A DNA stretch of 57,781 bases from Planctomycetota bacterium (GTDB taxonomy: Bacteria; Planctomycetota; JBFWNO01), in contig JBFWNO010000004.1 of the NCBI GenBank assembly GCA_050251015.1, forward strand, positions 1 through 57,781. Reading direction: 5' to 3'. Made by a program: the position numbers and the translations under genes. The notes under the pieces are model-generated. The model was not told the origin of the DNA, did not search any database, and worked only from the letters and a program-made list of their open reading frames with translations. Below, piece by piece: positions 44,393 to 52,433 of this stretch (the stretch's first letter is position 1; the number at the start of each line of letters is the position of its first letter).

Positions 44393-45621
44393 TGGCTCTC
44401 GTCGTGATGAAGTTCGGCGGTTCGTCGGTGGCCACACCGGATCGCATCAAGCATGTGGCTTCGCGTGTGAGCAAAAAAGTTTCCGAAGGTCACCGCGTGG
44501 TGGTGGTGGTCAGTGCCATGGGTGACACGACCAACCGTCTGATCGCCCTTTCGGGGCAGATCTCCCCCAAGCCCGACCTTCGCTCCTATGACCTGCTGCT
44601 GAGCACGGGCGAGATGGTCTCGATCGCCCTTTTGGCCATGGCCTTGAGCGACCTGGGTGTCTCCGCAGTGCCCATGACGGCCTACCAACTTGGGATCCAG
44701 ACTGACAGCAACCACAAGCAGGCCCGTGTGAAGGTGGTCAAGCCCCAGCACATTCTGCGCGTCCTCCAGGAAGGACAGGTGGTGGTGGCCGCTGGTTTCC
44801 AAGGGGTTTCGGAGGATTACCACATCACCACACTGGGGAGGGGAGCCGGCGACAAGACTGCGGTGATCCTCGCAGCCATCCTGAAGGCCGACCTCTGCGA
44901 AATCTATACTGATGTGGAAGGGGTGTTCACAGCCGATCCCCGCATTGTTCCCGAGGCCAGGAAATTGCGCTCGATCTCCTGCGACGAGATGCTTGAACTG
45001 GCCACATCAGGCGCCAAAGTCATGAATTCCGACAGCATCGAGTGGGCGAAGAAATACAACGTCCCGCTGGTGGTGCGCAGCACGTTTTCTGAAAGCGAGG
45101 GTAGCATGATCCAGAATTTCTCGGCCATGGACGATCCGGTGGTGGTGGGGGCGGCAGCCAGCTCGAAGGACGCGCGCATCAGCGTGCACGGCATCAAGGC
45201 CGCCGGTGGCGGGGTGGGCCGTATCTTCCGCGCCGTGTCGGATGCCAAGGTGAATGTGGACATGATTGTGCTCACCCCGACGGGCAACGGCTTTGAACTG
45301 AGTTTCACGGTGCCCCGCGAATCGCTTGACTCGGCCCTCTCCGTGGTGAAGGGACTCCAGAACGAGTTGGGAGCTTCCAGCATCGATGCCGACAGCTCGG
45401 TGGCCAAGGTCAGCATTGTGGGAGTGGGCATGCAGAACCACCGCGGCGTGGCCGCGCGCATGTTCGAGGCCCTGGCCAAGAAGGGCATCCAGCCCAGTGC
45501 CGTGACCACCAGCGAAATCAAGGTCAGCGTCCTGGTGCCCGAAGCCCGCATGCAGGAATCCGTGAAGGCCCTGCACGATGAATTTGAACTCTCCAGGGAT
45601 CCCCAGGCGATTCCGAGCTGA
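44392..45621 (+). CDS. lysC: Aspartate kinase
   Basis: MALVVMKFGGSSVATPDRIKHV, VVVVSAMGDTTN, and two C-terminal ACT-like repeats (VAKVSIVGVGM...). Confidence 0.93.
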   Translation: MALVVMKFGGSSVATPDRIKHVASRVSKKVSEGHRVVVVVSAMGDTTNRLIALSGQISPKPDLRSYDLLLSTGEMVSIALLAMALSDLGVSAVPMTAYQLGIQTDSNHKQARVKVVKPQHILRVLQEGQVVVAAGFQGVSEDYHITTLGRGAGDKTAVILAAILKADLCEIYTDVEGVFTADPRIVPEARKLRSISCDEMLELATSGAKVMNSDSIEWAKKYNVPLVVRSTFSESEGSMIQNFSAMDDPVVVGAAASSKDARISVHGIKAAGGGVGRIFRAVSDAKVNVDMIVLTPTGNGFELSFTVPRESLDSALSVVKGLQNELGASSIDADSSVAKVSIVGVGMQNHRGVAARMFEALAKKGIQPSAVTTSEIKVSVLVPEARMQESVKALHDEFELSRDPQAIPS

Positions 45622-45624
45622 GCC

Positions 45625-48135
45625 ATGGCTCTCCCCAAATCCTACGACTTTGCCGAGGCTGAGCCCCGCTGGCAGAAAGCCTGGGCGGATGAGGGATTGT
45701 TCTCGTTTGAGGGCCAGAAGGGAACGGGGGAGGTCTTTTCAGTGGACACGCCGCCTCCCACGGTGAGCGGCTCCCTGCACATCGGGCACCTCTTCAGCTA
45801 CACCCAGGCCGAGATGATCGCGCGCTACAAGCGTCACCGCGGCTACCGCGTGTTCTACCCCATGGGTTTCGATGACAACGGCCTGCCCACCGAACGCCTG
45901 GTGGAACGCGAGAAGGAGATTGTGGGCTCGAAGATGGAACGGGCCGAGTTCGTGAAACTCTGCCTTGAGACCACCGAGCGCTACGGAGCCGAATTCAGCG
46001 CCTTCTTCCAGTCGCTGGGCTTCAGCTTTGATTGGGACAAGTGCTATTCCACCATCAGCCCCCTGGCCCAGCGAGTGTCGCAACGGAGTTTCCTCGATCT
46101 GCTTGCAAAGGGGAGGGTGGATCGCCGGCACACACCGACGCTGTGGTGCCCCCAGTGCCAGACCAGCTTTGCCCAGGCCGAGGTGGAAAGCAAGGATATG
46201 CCTTCAACCTTCAACAAGGTGATCTTCAAGGCTGCAAGCGGATCCGGTGAGATCACCATTGCCACCACCAGGCCCGAGCTTCTGCCTGCCTGTGTCAGCC
46301 TGTTTGTGCACCCTGATGATCCCCGTTACAAGGCGATGGTGGGCCAGAAATTTGTTGTCCCCCTGTTTGGCCATCAGATTGAGCTCAGGGCCGACCCCAA
46401 GGCCGATCCTGAGAAGGGAACCGGGGCCGTGATGTGCTGCACCTTTGGCGACAAGACCGACATCGAGTGGTGGCGCCTGCACAAACTGGAGCTCAGGGAG
46501 GCCCTCGACAAGGCCGGCCACATGACGGACATCGCCGGGGCCTTCAAGGGGATGTACCTCAAGAAGGCCCGCAAAGAGATCCTGGCCAAGCTCAAGGAGG
46601 ACGGCCTTCTTGTGGGGCAGGAGGAGATCAGCCACAGCGTGAACACCCACGAGCGTTGCGGCACGGAACAGGAGTTTCTCTGCACGCCGCAGTGGTACAT
46701 CAAATTGCTCGATCACAAGGAGAAGTACCTCAAGGCGGGCGAAAGCGTGAAGTGGCACCCCGAGCACATGGGCAAGCGCTATGCCGACTGGGTGCGCAAT
46801 CTGGAGTGGGATTGGTGTATTTCGCGCCAGCGTTTCTTCGGCGTGCCCTTCCCGGTGTGGCATTGCTCCTGCGGGGGGGTGGTCGCTGCGGACCCCGCCA
46901 TGTTGCCCATCGATCCCTGCAAGACACCTTCACCCAAACCCTGCGAAAAGTGCGGCTCCAAGGAGCTCACCGGAGAAAAGGATGTGATGGACACCTGGGC
47001 CACCAGTTCGGTCACGCCCCAGATCAACCGACTGTGGGGGGAGGCGGGGGCCGGTGCCAGACAGGAGTCGGTGAAGCTTCCGATGGCCTTGCGTCCCCAG
47101 GCCCATGAAATCATCCGCACCTGGGCCTTCTACACCATCGTCAAGTCGGTGGAGCACGAGGGAGTTGTACCGTGGAAGGATGTGATGGTCTCGGGGTACG
47201 TGACGGATCCCAACAAACAGAAGATCTCCAAGAGCAAGACCAAGATGGTGGAGGCGCCGCCCGACATCATCAAGAAGTTCGGGGCCGATCTGATCCGTTA
47301 TTGGGCTCTGGGTTCCAAGTTGGGAGTCGACTTCACCTACTTCCGCGACAACGAGGGGAAGTTCTCGAAGGAGAACGTGGATGGCGGCAAAAAACTTGTC
47401 ACCAAATTGTGGAACGCCAGCCGGTTGATCGATGAGAGATGTTCGGCTGTGAGTGGTGTGGAGGGGCGAGGGGGGCTTCCCCTTACGGCTTCCACGGGAT
47501 TCGCCGCTGCGGGGAACCCCCCTCACCCCTCCTGTGAGGTCATTGATCTTTGGGTCATCGGGCGTTTCCGCGACATGGTGCGCCGTGTCACCGATTACCT
47601 TGAACAGTTCGAATTTGGCGTGGCCCGCAGCGAGATCGAGAAGTTTTTCTTCATGGACTTCTGCGATAACTATTTGGAGATGGTCAAGACCCGCCTCTAT
47701 GTCGAAGGGGTGAACACATCGAAGCAGGCAGCCCAGGCCACACTCCTTGAAATCCACCGCGATCTTCTCGTGCTGTTGGCTCCCTACATCCCGCATGTCA
47801 CCGAGGAAATCGCTTCCCACATGCATCCGGAGGGTGGGAGACTGATCCATCGGGCATGGCCCCAGGGTGCCACCTTGGATGCCTCTGTGGAGATGTCAGG
47901 TGCCACGGCTGTCGAGATGGTCTCCATGATCAGGAGACACAAGACGGAGAACGCCCTGAGTATGAATGCCCCGCTCCTGAATGCCCGATTTGAGGTGCCC
48001 AAGGCAACTATGGAATCCGCCAAGATGATCGACGACGTGGTGAGGGCCACCTGCGTGGTGTCCAAACTCGAGTATGCTGAGGGTACGGAGCTCAGGCTTG
48101 TGTCAGCCGAGGCCGCAAAGGGAGGTGGGGCATGA
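45625..48135 (+). CDS. valS: Valine--tRNA ligase (short, no C-terminal coiled coil) carrying an in-frame palindromic-element insertion
   Basis: PPPTVSGSLHIGHLFSY (HIGH), CPQCQTSF, WCISRQRFFGVPFPVW, and KISKSK (KMSKS). The insertion lies at 47460-47532, between KLWNASRLI and DLWVIGRF. Confidence 0.93.
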   Translation: MALPKSYDFAEAEPRWQKAWADEGLFSFEGQKGTGEVFSVDTPPPTVSGSLHIGHLFSYTQAEMIARYKRHRGYRVFYPMGFDDNGLPTERLVEREKEIVGSKMERAEFVKLCLETTERYGAEFSAFFQSLGFSFDWDKCYSTISPLAQRVSQRSFLDLLAKGRVDRRHTPTLWCPQCQTSFAQAEVESKDMPSTFNKVIFKAASGSGEITIATTRPELLPACVSLFVHPDDPRYKAMVGQKFVVPLFGHQIELRADPKADPEKGTGAVMCCTFGDKTDIEWWRLHKLELREALDKAGHMTDIAGAFKGMYLKKARKEILAKLKEDGLLVGQEEISHSVNTHERCGTEQEFLCTPQWYIKLLDHKEKYLKAGESVKWHPEHMGKRYADWVRNLEWDWCISRQRFFGVPFPVWHCSCGGVVAADPAMLPIDPCKTPSPKPCEKCGSKELTGEKDVMDTWATSSVTPQINRLWGEAGAGARQESVKLPMALRPQAHEIIRTWAFYTIVKSVEHEGVVPWKDVMVSGYVTDPNKQKISKSKTKMVEAPPDIIKKFGADLIRYWALGSKLGVDFTYFRDNEGKFSKENVDGGKKLVTKLWNASRLIDERCSAVSGVEGRGGLPLTASTGFAAAGNPPHPSCEVIDLWVIGRFRDMVRRVTDYLEQFEFGVARSEIEKFFFMDFCDNYLEMVKTRLYVEGVNTSKQAAQATLLEIHRDLLVLLAPYIPHVTEEIASHMHPEGGRLIHRAWPQGATLDASVEMSGATAVEMVSMIRRHKTENALSMNAPLLNARFEVPKATMESAKMIDDVVRATCVVSKLEYAEGTELRLVSAEAAKGGGA
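47460..47532. repeat. 73-bp imperfect palindromic (REP/MITE-like) element inserted in frame in valS
   Basis: Arm GGAGGGGCGAGGGGGGCTTCCCC (47460-82) is complementary to arm GGGGAACCCCCCTCACCCCTCC (47511-32). Core TTACGGCTTCCACGGGATTCGCCGCTGC matches the reverse complement of the core of 9018-9089 at 24/28. CTGTGAG occurs on both flanks (47448-54 and 47532-38). Confidence 0.7.
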
Positions 48136-48557
48136 ACCTGGATTCCCTTGTTGAAGTGGAGCTGGTACGGGTGTTGATCAATGAATGCGAAGGGGAGCAC
48201 CAGATCGTGCTCAAAGAAAAGAAGGGCGAGCGTTCGGTGCCCATCTCCATCGGTCCCTTCGAGGCCCTCGCCATCCATGCCAAGGTCAACGACAACGCCC
48301 CGGCCCGACCCATGACCCACGATCTCCTGGCCACCGTGATCAACTCGATGGGTGCCAAACTGGAAAAAGTGGTGGTGGATGCCTATGCCAAGGGAGAGGA
48401 GACAGGGTCGGGGACCTATCATGGCAAGCTGATCCTGCAGACCCCCGCTGGTCCCCGGATCATCGACTGCCGGCCTAGCGACGGCGTGGCTCTGGCCCTG
48501 AGGCTTGAAGCCCCCCTGGCGGTCAGCCAGCAGGTCTTCGAAGTCCAGAACAACTGA
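48132..48557 (+). CDS. Bifunctional nuclease (BFN/DUF151) family protein
   Basis: ATGA overlap with valS. QIVLKEKKGERSVPISIGPFEALAI...ARPMTHDLL matches the BFN-domain signature. Confidence 0.8.
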   Translation: MNLDSLVEVELVRVLINECEGEHQIVLKEKKGERSVPISIGPFEALAIHAKVNDNAPARPMTHDLLATVINSMGAKLEKVVVDAYAKGEETGSGTYHGKLILQTPAGPRIIDCRPSDGVALALRLEAPLAVSQQVFEVQNN

Positions 48558-48599
48558 TCCGAGGACCCTGAACCGTAAACTATTAAAATGTGGTGAGGT

Positions 48600-48675
48600 G
48601 GGCCCTTGGCGCAATGGTTAGCGCAGGGGACTCATAATCCCTTGGTTCCTGGTTCGAGTCCAGGAGGGCCCACCA
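48600..48675 (+). tRNA. tRNA with anticodon CAT (elongator Met, or Ile2 if lysidinylated), CCA encoded
   Basis: Hand-folded cloverleaf. Acceptor GGGCCCT/AGGGCCC; D arm GCGC-AATGGTTA-GCGC; anticodon arm GGGGA-CTCATAA-TCCCT (CAT at 48633-48635); variable loop TGGTT; T arm CCTGG-TTCGAGT-CCAGG; discriminator A plus CCA. Confidence 0.9.
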
Positions 48676-48695
48676 TTTCGATACAATTCGCACCC

Positions 48696-50789
48696 ATGGG
48701 ATTACGCAAAATCTCGCTTCGCATCACCATCGGGAGTTTCATATCGCTCCTGCTTCTTTGTACCGGCTTGGCCGTGCTTTGGGTGATTTCCACAGACTCC
48801 AAAAAAACCCTGCTTGAGACCTCGGGTCAGATCATGGAACAGGTGGAGAATGCAGTGCAGGGCGAGATGCGGGCTTACCTGCGCGGTACCCAAGCCACTG
48901 TGTTCAACGCCGTCAATCATTCAAACATGGGCGTTATCAATCCCGCGGATAGCCGCAGTTTGGAGGCCTATTTCTATTCCCTGTTGTCGGGTCCCACCCC
49001 GATCCAAGGCCTTTTGTATGGTGATTTTGAGGGTCGTTTTATCATGGTGGTCCGCAAACCGGACGGGGCCCTGGATACCAAAGAAGTCGGGGGCGACATC
49101 AAGGGCGCTTTATGGAGGCGTCGCAAACCTGGGGGGGCTCTGGCCCATTTCAGGACCGAAACAGATCTTTTGGACCGCTATGACCCGCGAACGAGACCCT
49201 GGTATATGCATTGGTCGGGGGCCACAAGCGAGATGCTGGACAAGCCCACCGCCTTTTGGACGGATGCCTACATTTTTCACACCGAACAAACCCCCGGCAT
49301 CACCGTTTCCTTGCCCCACGTGGTGGGTGGCCAGCTTCGGGGTGTGTTCAGTGCCGATATTCCCCTCATCCATCTTTCGCGTTTTCTCGGGGATCTGAAG
49401 GTCGGCAAGAACGGCCGGGTTGTGGTGACCGATTCCCAGGACCGCCTGTTGGCCGTGGGGGATCCCAAGGATCTTCTGGTGGCGGGGCCGGATGGGAAGT
49501 CCACCCTCAGGGCAATGGTGGATGCCCCCTATCCCGAAGTGGCCGAATTGGCCAGGCTGGGCCGTGTGGAGGATGAGGGCGGACGTTTCACCCTGGGGGG
49601 GGTGACCTATCTTTCCAGCTGGAATCCCATGGATGAGGGTGTGGTGTCTTGCCGGACGGCCATCACCGTGCCCGAGGATGACTTTCTGGGATCGGTCAAG
49701 GAGAGCATGGTCAGGGCCGTCACCATTGTGGCCGCCTTGATCGCCATTTCCCTGCTCATTGGCATGCAGTTCACCAACATCCTCTCGAGATCCTTGAGGC
49801 GACTGGTCACCGAGGCGAAGGACATCGAACAGCTCAATTTCAGCTCCCACCCCGGCAAGCCGTCGAGGTTCCGTGAGATCCACGATGTGCTGATGGCTTT
49901 CGATCGCATGAAAGTGGGGCTCCGTTCCTTTGGGAAGTTTGTCCCGGGCAAGCTCGTGCAAATGCTCTTGGCCAAGGGTGTGGAGCCCCAATTGGGAGCT
50001 GAGGGCCGGGAACTGACCATCCTCTTCTCCGATATCCGCAACTTCACCCCGATCAGCGAGCAGATGGGGGTGGCCAAGCTGTCCGAAAAACTCGGGGCCT
50101 ACATGAGCACTGTCACCAACATTATCCAGGGCCCCCGTAGCCAGGGGATCGTCGACAAGTATGTCGGGGATTGTGTGATGGCCCTGTGGAATGCCCCGGA
50201 GCAGGTGGAGGACCACAGCCTGAAGGCCTGTCTGGCCACCCTGGAATGTGTCCGTGCGCTTGAGCGACTCCAGGATGCCTTCCCCGGGACCCCGGAGTTT
50301 GTGACCCGTTTCGGGATCCATACCGGCACTGTGATGGTGGGAAATTTCGGTTCAAAGGAAAGGCTGGATTACACCTGCATCGGCGATGGCGTGAACCTCG
50401 CTTCGCGATTGGAACATATCAATAAGTACTACAGTACCCAAATCATTATCAGTGAATCCGTGCATGAGCGCGTGAAAGACAAACTGGAGACCCGCTTGGT
50501 CGACCTTGTGGCCGTCAAGGGCAAGGTGGAGGGCGTAAGGATCTACGAACTCCTGGGCGAGAAGGGTTCTGTCTCGGAAGCGATCCTGGGGTTCCGCAAC
50601 CGCTATGAGGAAGCCATGACACGTTACCTGGCCCACGACTTTGCCGCGGCGCGAAGTCATTGGGTGGCCCTCAGGCATGAGCGGCCGGGCGACCTGTCCG
50701 TCAGCTCGATGATCGAGCGTTGTGACGAATACCTGGAGCATCCACCTGGTGAAGCCTGGAATGGTGTGCATGTGATGCAGGGCAAATGA
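48696..50789 (+). CDS. Membrane sensor adenylate/guanylate cyclase (class III) with an extracytoplasmic Cache-like domain and HAMP
   Basis: ATG at 48696 (MGLRKISLRITIGSFISLLLLCTGLAVLWV). Second TM VTIVAALIAISLLIGMQF. Cyclase blocks: LTILFSDIRNFT, VDKYVGDCVMALWNAP, RFGIHTGTVMVGNFGS, YTCIGDGVNLASRLE. Confidence 0.88.
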   Translation: MGLRKISLRITIGSFISLLLLCTGLAVLWVISTDSKKTLLETSGQIMEQVENAVQGEMRAYLRGTQATVFNAVNHSNMGVINPADSRSLEAYFYSLLSGPTPIQGLLYGDFEGRFIMVVRKPDGALDTKEVGGDIKGALWRRRKPGGALAHFRTETDLLDRYDPRTRPWYMHWSGATSEMLDKPTAFWTDAYIFHTEQTPGITVSLPHVVGGQLRGVFSADIPLIHLSRFLGDLKVGKNGRVVVTDSQDRLLAVGDPKDLLVAGPDGKSTLRAMVDAPYPEVAELARLGRVEDEGGRFTLGGVTYLSSWNPMDEGVVSCRTAITVPEDDFLGSVKESMVRAVTIVAALIAISLLIGMQFTNILSRSLRRLVTEAKDIEQLNFSSHPGKPSRFREIHDVLMAFDRMKVGLRSFGKFVPGKLVQMLLAKGVEPQLGAEGRELTILFSDIRNFTPISEQMGVAKLSEKLGAYMSTVTNIIQGPRSQGIVDKYVGDCVMALWNAPEQVEDHSLKACLATLECVRALERLQDAFPGTPEFVTRFGIHTGTVMVGNFGSKERLDYTCIGDGVNLASRLEHINKYYSTQIIISESVHERVKDKLETRLVDLVAVKGKVEGVRIYELLGEKGSVSEAILGFRNRYEEAMTRYLAHDFAAARSHWVALRHERPGDLSVSSMIERCDEYLEHPPGEAWNGVHVMQGK

Positions 50790-51064
50790 GTTTTCTGCTT
50801 GCGTTGATGTTGTCTTACTTTCCCTTCAAGGGGGTTCCCTTGCCAGTCACGATGCCCTCCATCATCGCGCAGGAAACTGAGGTCATGCGTGAGGAAGGTT
50901 TGCTCAATGACGAAGAGGAAGAGCCCCCGAAGCCCGATGCCGAGGAACCCATTCTTGGCGATTTCGCCAGATTGGGATATTTCATCCTGTCGGTTCTTTT
51001 GGTGGGCCTGATTGCCTGGCTTGTGGGGGCCGCTCCGTCTAGGAAGAAGAAAGAGGAATCCTGA
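50786..51064 (+). CDS. Small acidic membrane protein, hypothetical
   Basis: ATGA overlap with the cyclase stop. Hydrophobic N-terminus, an acidic DEEEEPPKPDAEEP centre, a C-terminal TM LGYFILSVLLVGLIAWLV and a KKKEES tail. It overlaps the convergent gene by 26 nt, so it may not be real. Confidence 0.4.
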   Translation: MSFLLALMLSYFPFKGVPLPVTMPSIIAQETEVMREEGLLNDEEEEPPKPDAEEPILGDFARLGYFILSVLLVGLIAWLVGAAPSRKKKEES

Positions 51065-52370
51065 ACCAACCCTCGGTCCCTGACCCGGCGTTGGCCAATC
51101 TCAGGGGTTTGCCATTAGGCAGGGGATTCTCGATGATGAATTCAACAAACGCAGTCTCTGCAGGCGCTTTGGCTGCTAGGTGGGTGAAAGACTTGACCGC
51201 ACCCGGAAGGAGACCTTGAGGTGTCCACGACAGGTTGATGGTCCTGCCGATCACTTGTTCTTGGGCATCCAGGAACCTGGCCTTGAATTTCCATGGTGCA
51301 TAGAAGGGGGCCACCCCGCGATTGGTGAGCGTCAGGCTGAGCCTTACCCTCTCGCCTTCATAGTGGCAGGATCCCTGGGTGGCCTGAAGTTCATAACCCA
51401 GCCTGGAAGCAAATGATTGCGCCCTGAGGGTTTCATCCTTGTCCAAACTTCTGGAAAACACCTGCTCAAACAGGAGAAAAGTGGGATGAGCTTTTTCGAG
51501 GCACGCAGCCATGTCTTGCATTGGGGGATCGATGGATGAGGTGCCCGCCAGCACATGGGGTTGAAGTTCAGGACGAAGTTCCCCGCCGATGGGCCGTGTT
51601 TTCCATATATCCCCCAAGCCGGCGGACTTGAGATCGGTCAGGAAGTGCCAACTTTCTCCTTCAAGGGTGGTGAGACCGAAGGAATCATCATGGAATCCGA
51701 AGCCTGCAAGAGAGCCCTTGCCACCGGTGCGCCTGAGGAGGACAGGTGTGAGTCTGAAGGCCGAGGCGTAGGCCTTGATGACCCTTTCCTCGGTGGCCAG
51801 CGGGGGAGCGAGCTCATTGCGGGGCCAGGTGTGCCATTCTCCCCAAAAACCCAGGAGACCGGCTTCAATGAATCCCAAGCGTGGATCACCATCGTAGACC
51901 TTGCCGATGGCGGCGATCAGCTGTTCCATCGCCTCGATCAGTCTCTTGTCAGCATAATCCGGGCTCAGACCGCCACCATGTTCCGCATAGCGGGTGGACT
52001 GAAGACCGGCCTTCGTGAGGTAGCGGGGAATGCCCGAGGTTTCGCCTGGATAGTCGATAACCAACCGGATCACGGCTTGGCAACCGTGGGAGGCGATATT
52101 CTCAAGCAGGGTTTCTAGGGGGAGGGTGTTGACCTTGCCTTGGTCATCAAACATCGTGTCCAGCGTGATGTAGCCGAATTCGAGGGAATGGGGCCAAGAG
52201 GGGTGATGTCCTGTTGCGTGAAAAGGCACCAAGCCCCGCAAGGGATTGTCGAGCGGCCCAGGCTGATACTCAAAAATGTCCGTTGTCATGCCCGATTTCC
52301 CTTCGGTGTCACAGCCTGATGTGACCATGATTGCCAATAGATAAAAAACATGGGGCCAAAGCGCCTTCAT
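51039..52370 (-). CDS. Probable lipoprotein, DUF4874/DUF4832-type glycoside-hydrolase-like TIM-barrel protein
   Basis: Signal peptide plus lipobox-like LAIMVTSGC. DNPLRGLVPFHATG and GFIEAGLLGFWGEWHTW resemble the DUF4874/DUF4832 signatures. Confidence 0.7.
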   Translation of the reverse strand: MKALWPHVFYLLAIMVTSGCDTEGKSGMTTDIFEYQPGPLDNPLRGLVPFHATGHHPSWPHSLEFGYITLDTMFDDQGKVNTLPLETLLENIASHGCQAVIRLVIDYPGETSGIPRYLTKAGLQSTRYAEHGGGLSPDYADKRLIEAMEQLIAAIGKVYDGDPRLGFIEAGLLGFWGEWHTWPRNELAPPLATEERVIKAYASAFRLTPVLLRRTGGKGSLAGFGFHDDSFGLTTLEGESWHFLTDLKSAGLGDIWKTRPIGGELRPELQPHVLAGTSSIDPPMQDMAACLEKAHPTFLLFEQVFSRSLDKDETLRAQSFASRLGYELQATQGSCHYEGERVRLSLTLTNRGVAPFYAPWKFKARFLDAQEQVIGRTINLSWTPQGLLPGAVKSFTHLAAKAPAETAFVEFIIENPLPNGKPLRLANAGSGTEGWFRIPLSSS

Positions 52371-52385
52371 TCATGCTCCAGAAGA

Positions 52386-52415
52386 TAGTCAATCCTAGTG
52401 TACAGCACATATAAT
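52386..52415 (+). promoter_or_regulatory. Candidate sigma70-type promoter in the only AT-rich intergenic gap
   Basis: TATAAT at 52410-52415 and TAGTCA (4/6 match to TTGACA) at 52386-52391, with an 18-nt spacer. It lies only 19 nt upstream of ATG 52434, implying a very short leader. The organism's promoter consensus is unknown. Confidence 0.3.
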
Positions 52416-52433
52416 ATCGTGCTTTAACTCCCT

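Noticed and set aside
46930-47850. 306-aa minus-strand ORF inside valS
   Set aside because: It is antisense to valS. It was useful only because it translates the inserted palindromic element (GESRGSRKG), confirming similarity to the copy at 9018-9089.
48600-48675. Possibility that the tRNA-CAT is the initiator tRNA-fMet
   Set aside because: Positions 1:72 form a G:C pair, not the C:A mismatch of bacterial initiators. The anticodon stem is GGGGA/TCCCT, so it lacks the three consecutive G:C pairs next to the loop. The call is therefore elongator Met or Ile2.
48606-48695. N-terminal extension of the cyclase ORF (track start 48606)
   Set aside because: The extension runs through the tRNA gene (48600-48675). 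The ATG at 48696 gives a normal N-terminus followed directly by a TM helix.
49110-50321. 403-aa minus-strand ORF
   Set aside because: It is antisense to the cyclase gene, whose class III catalytic motifs are clear. I recognised no motifs in the antisense product.
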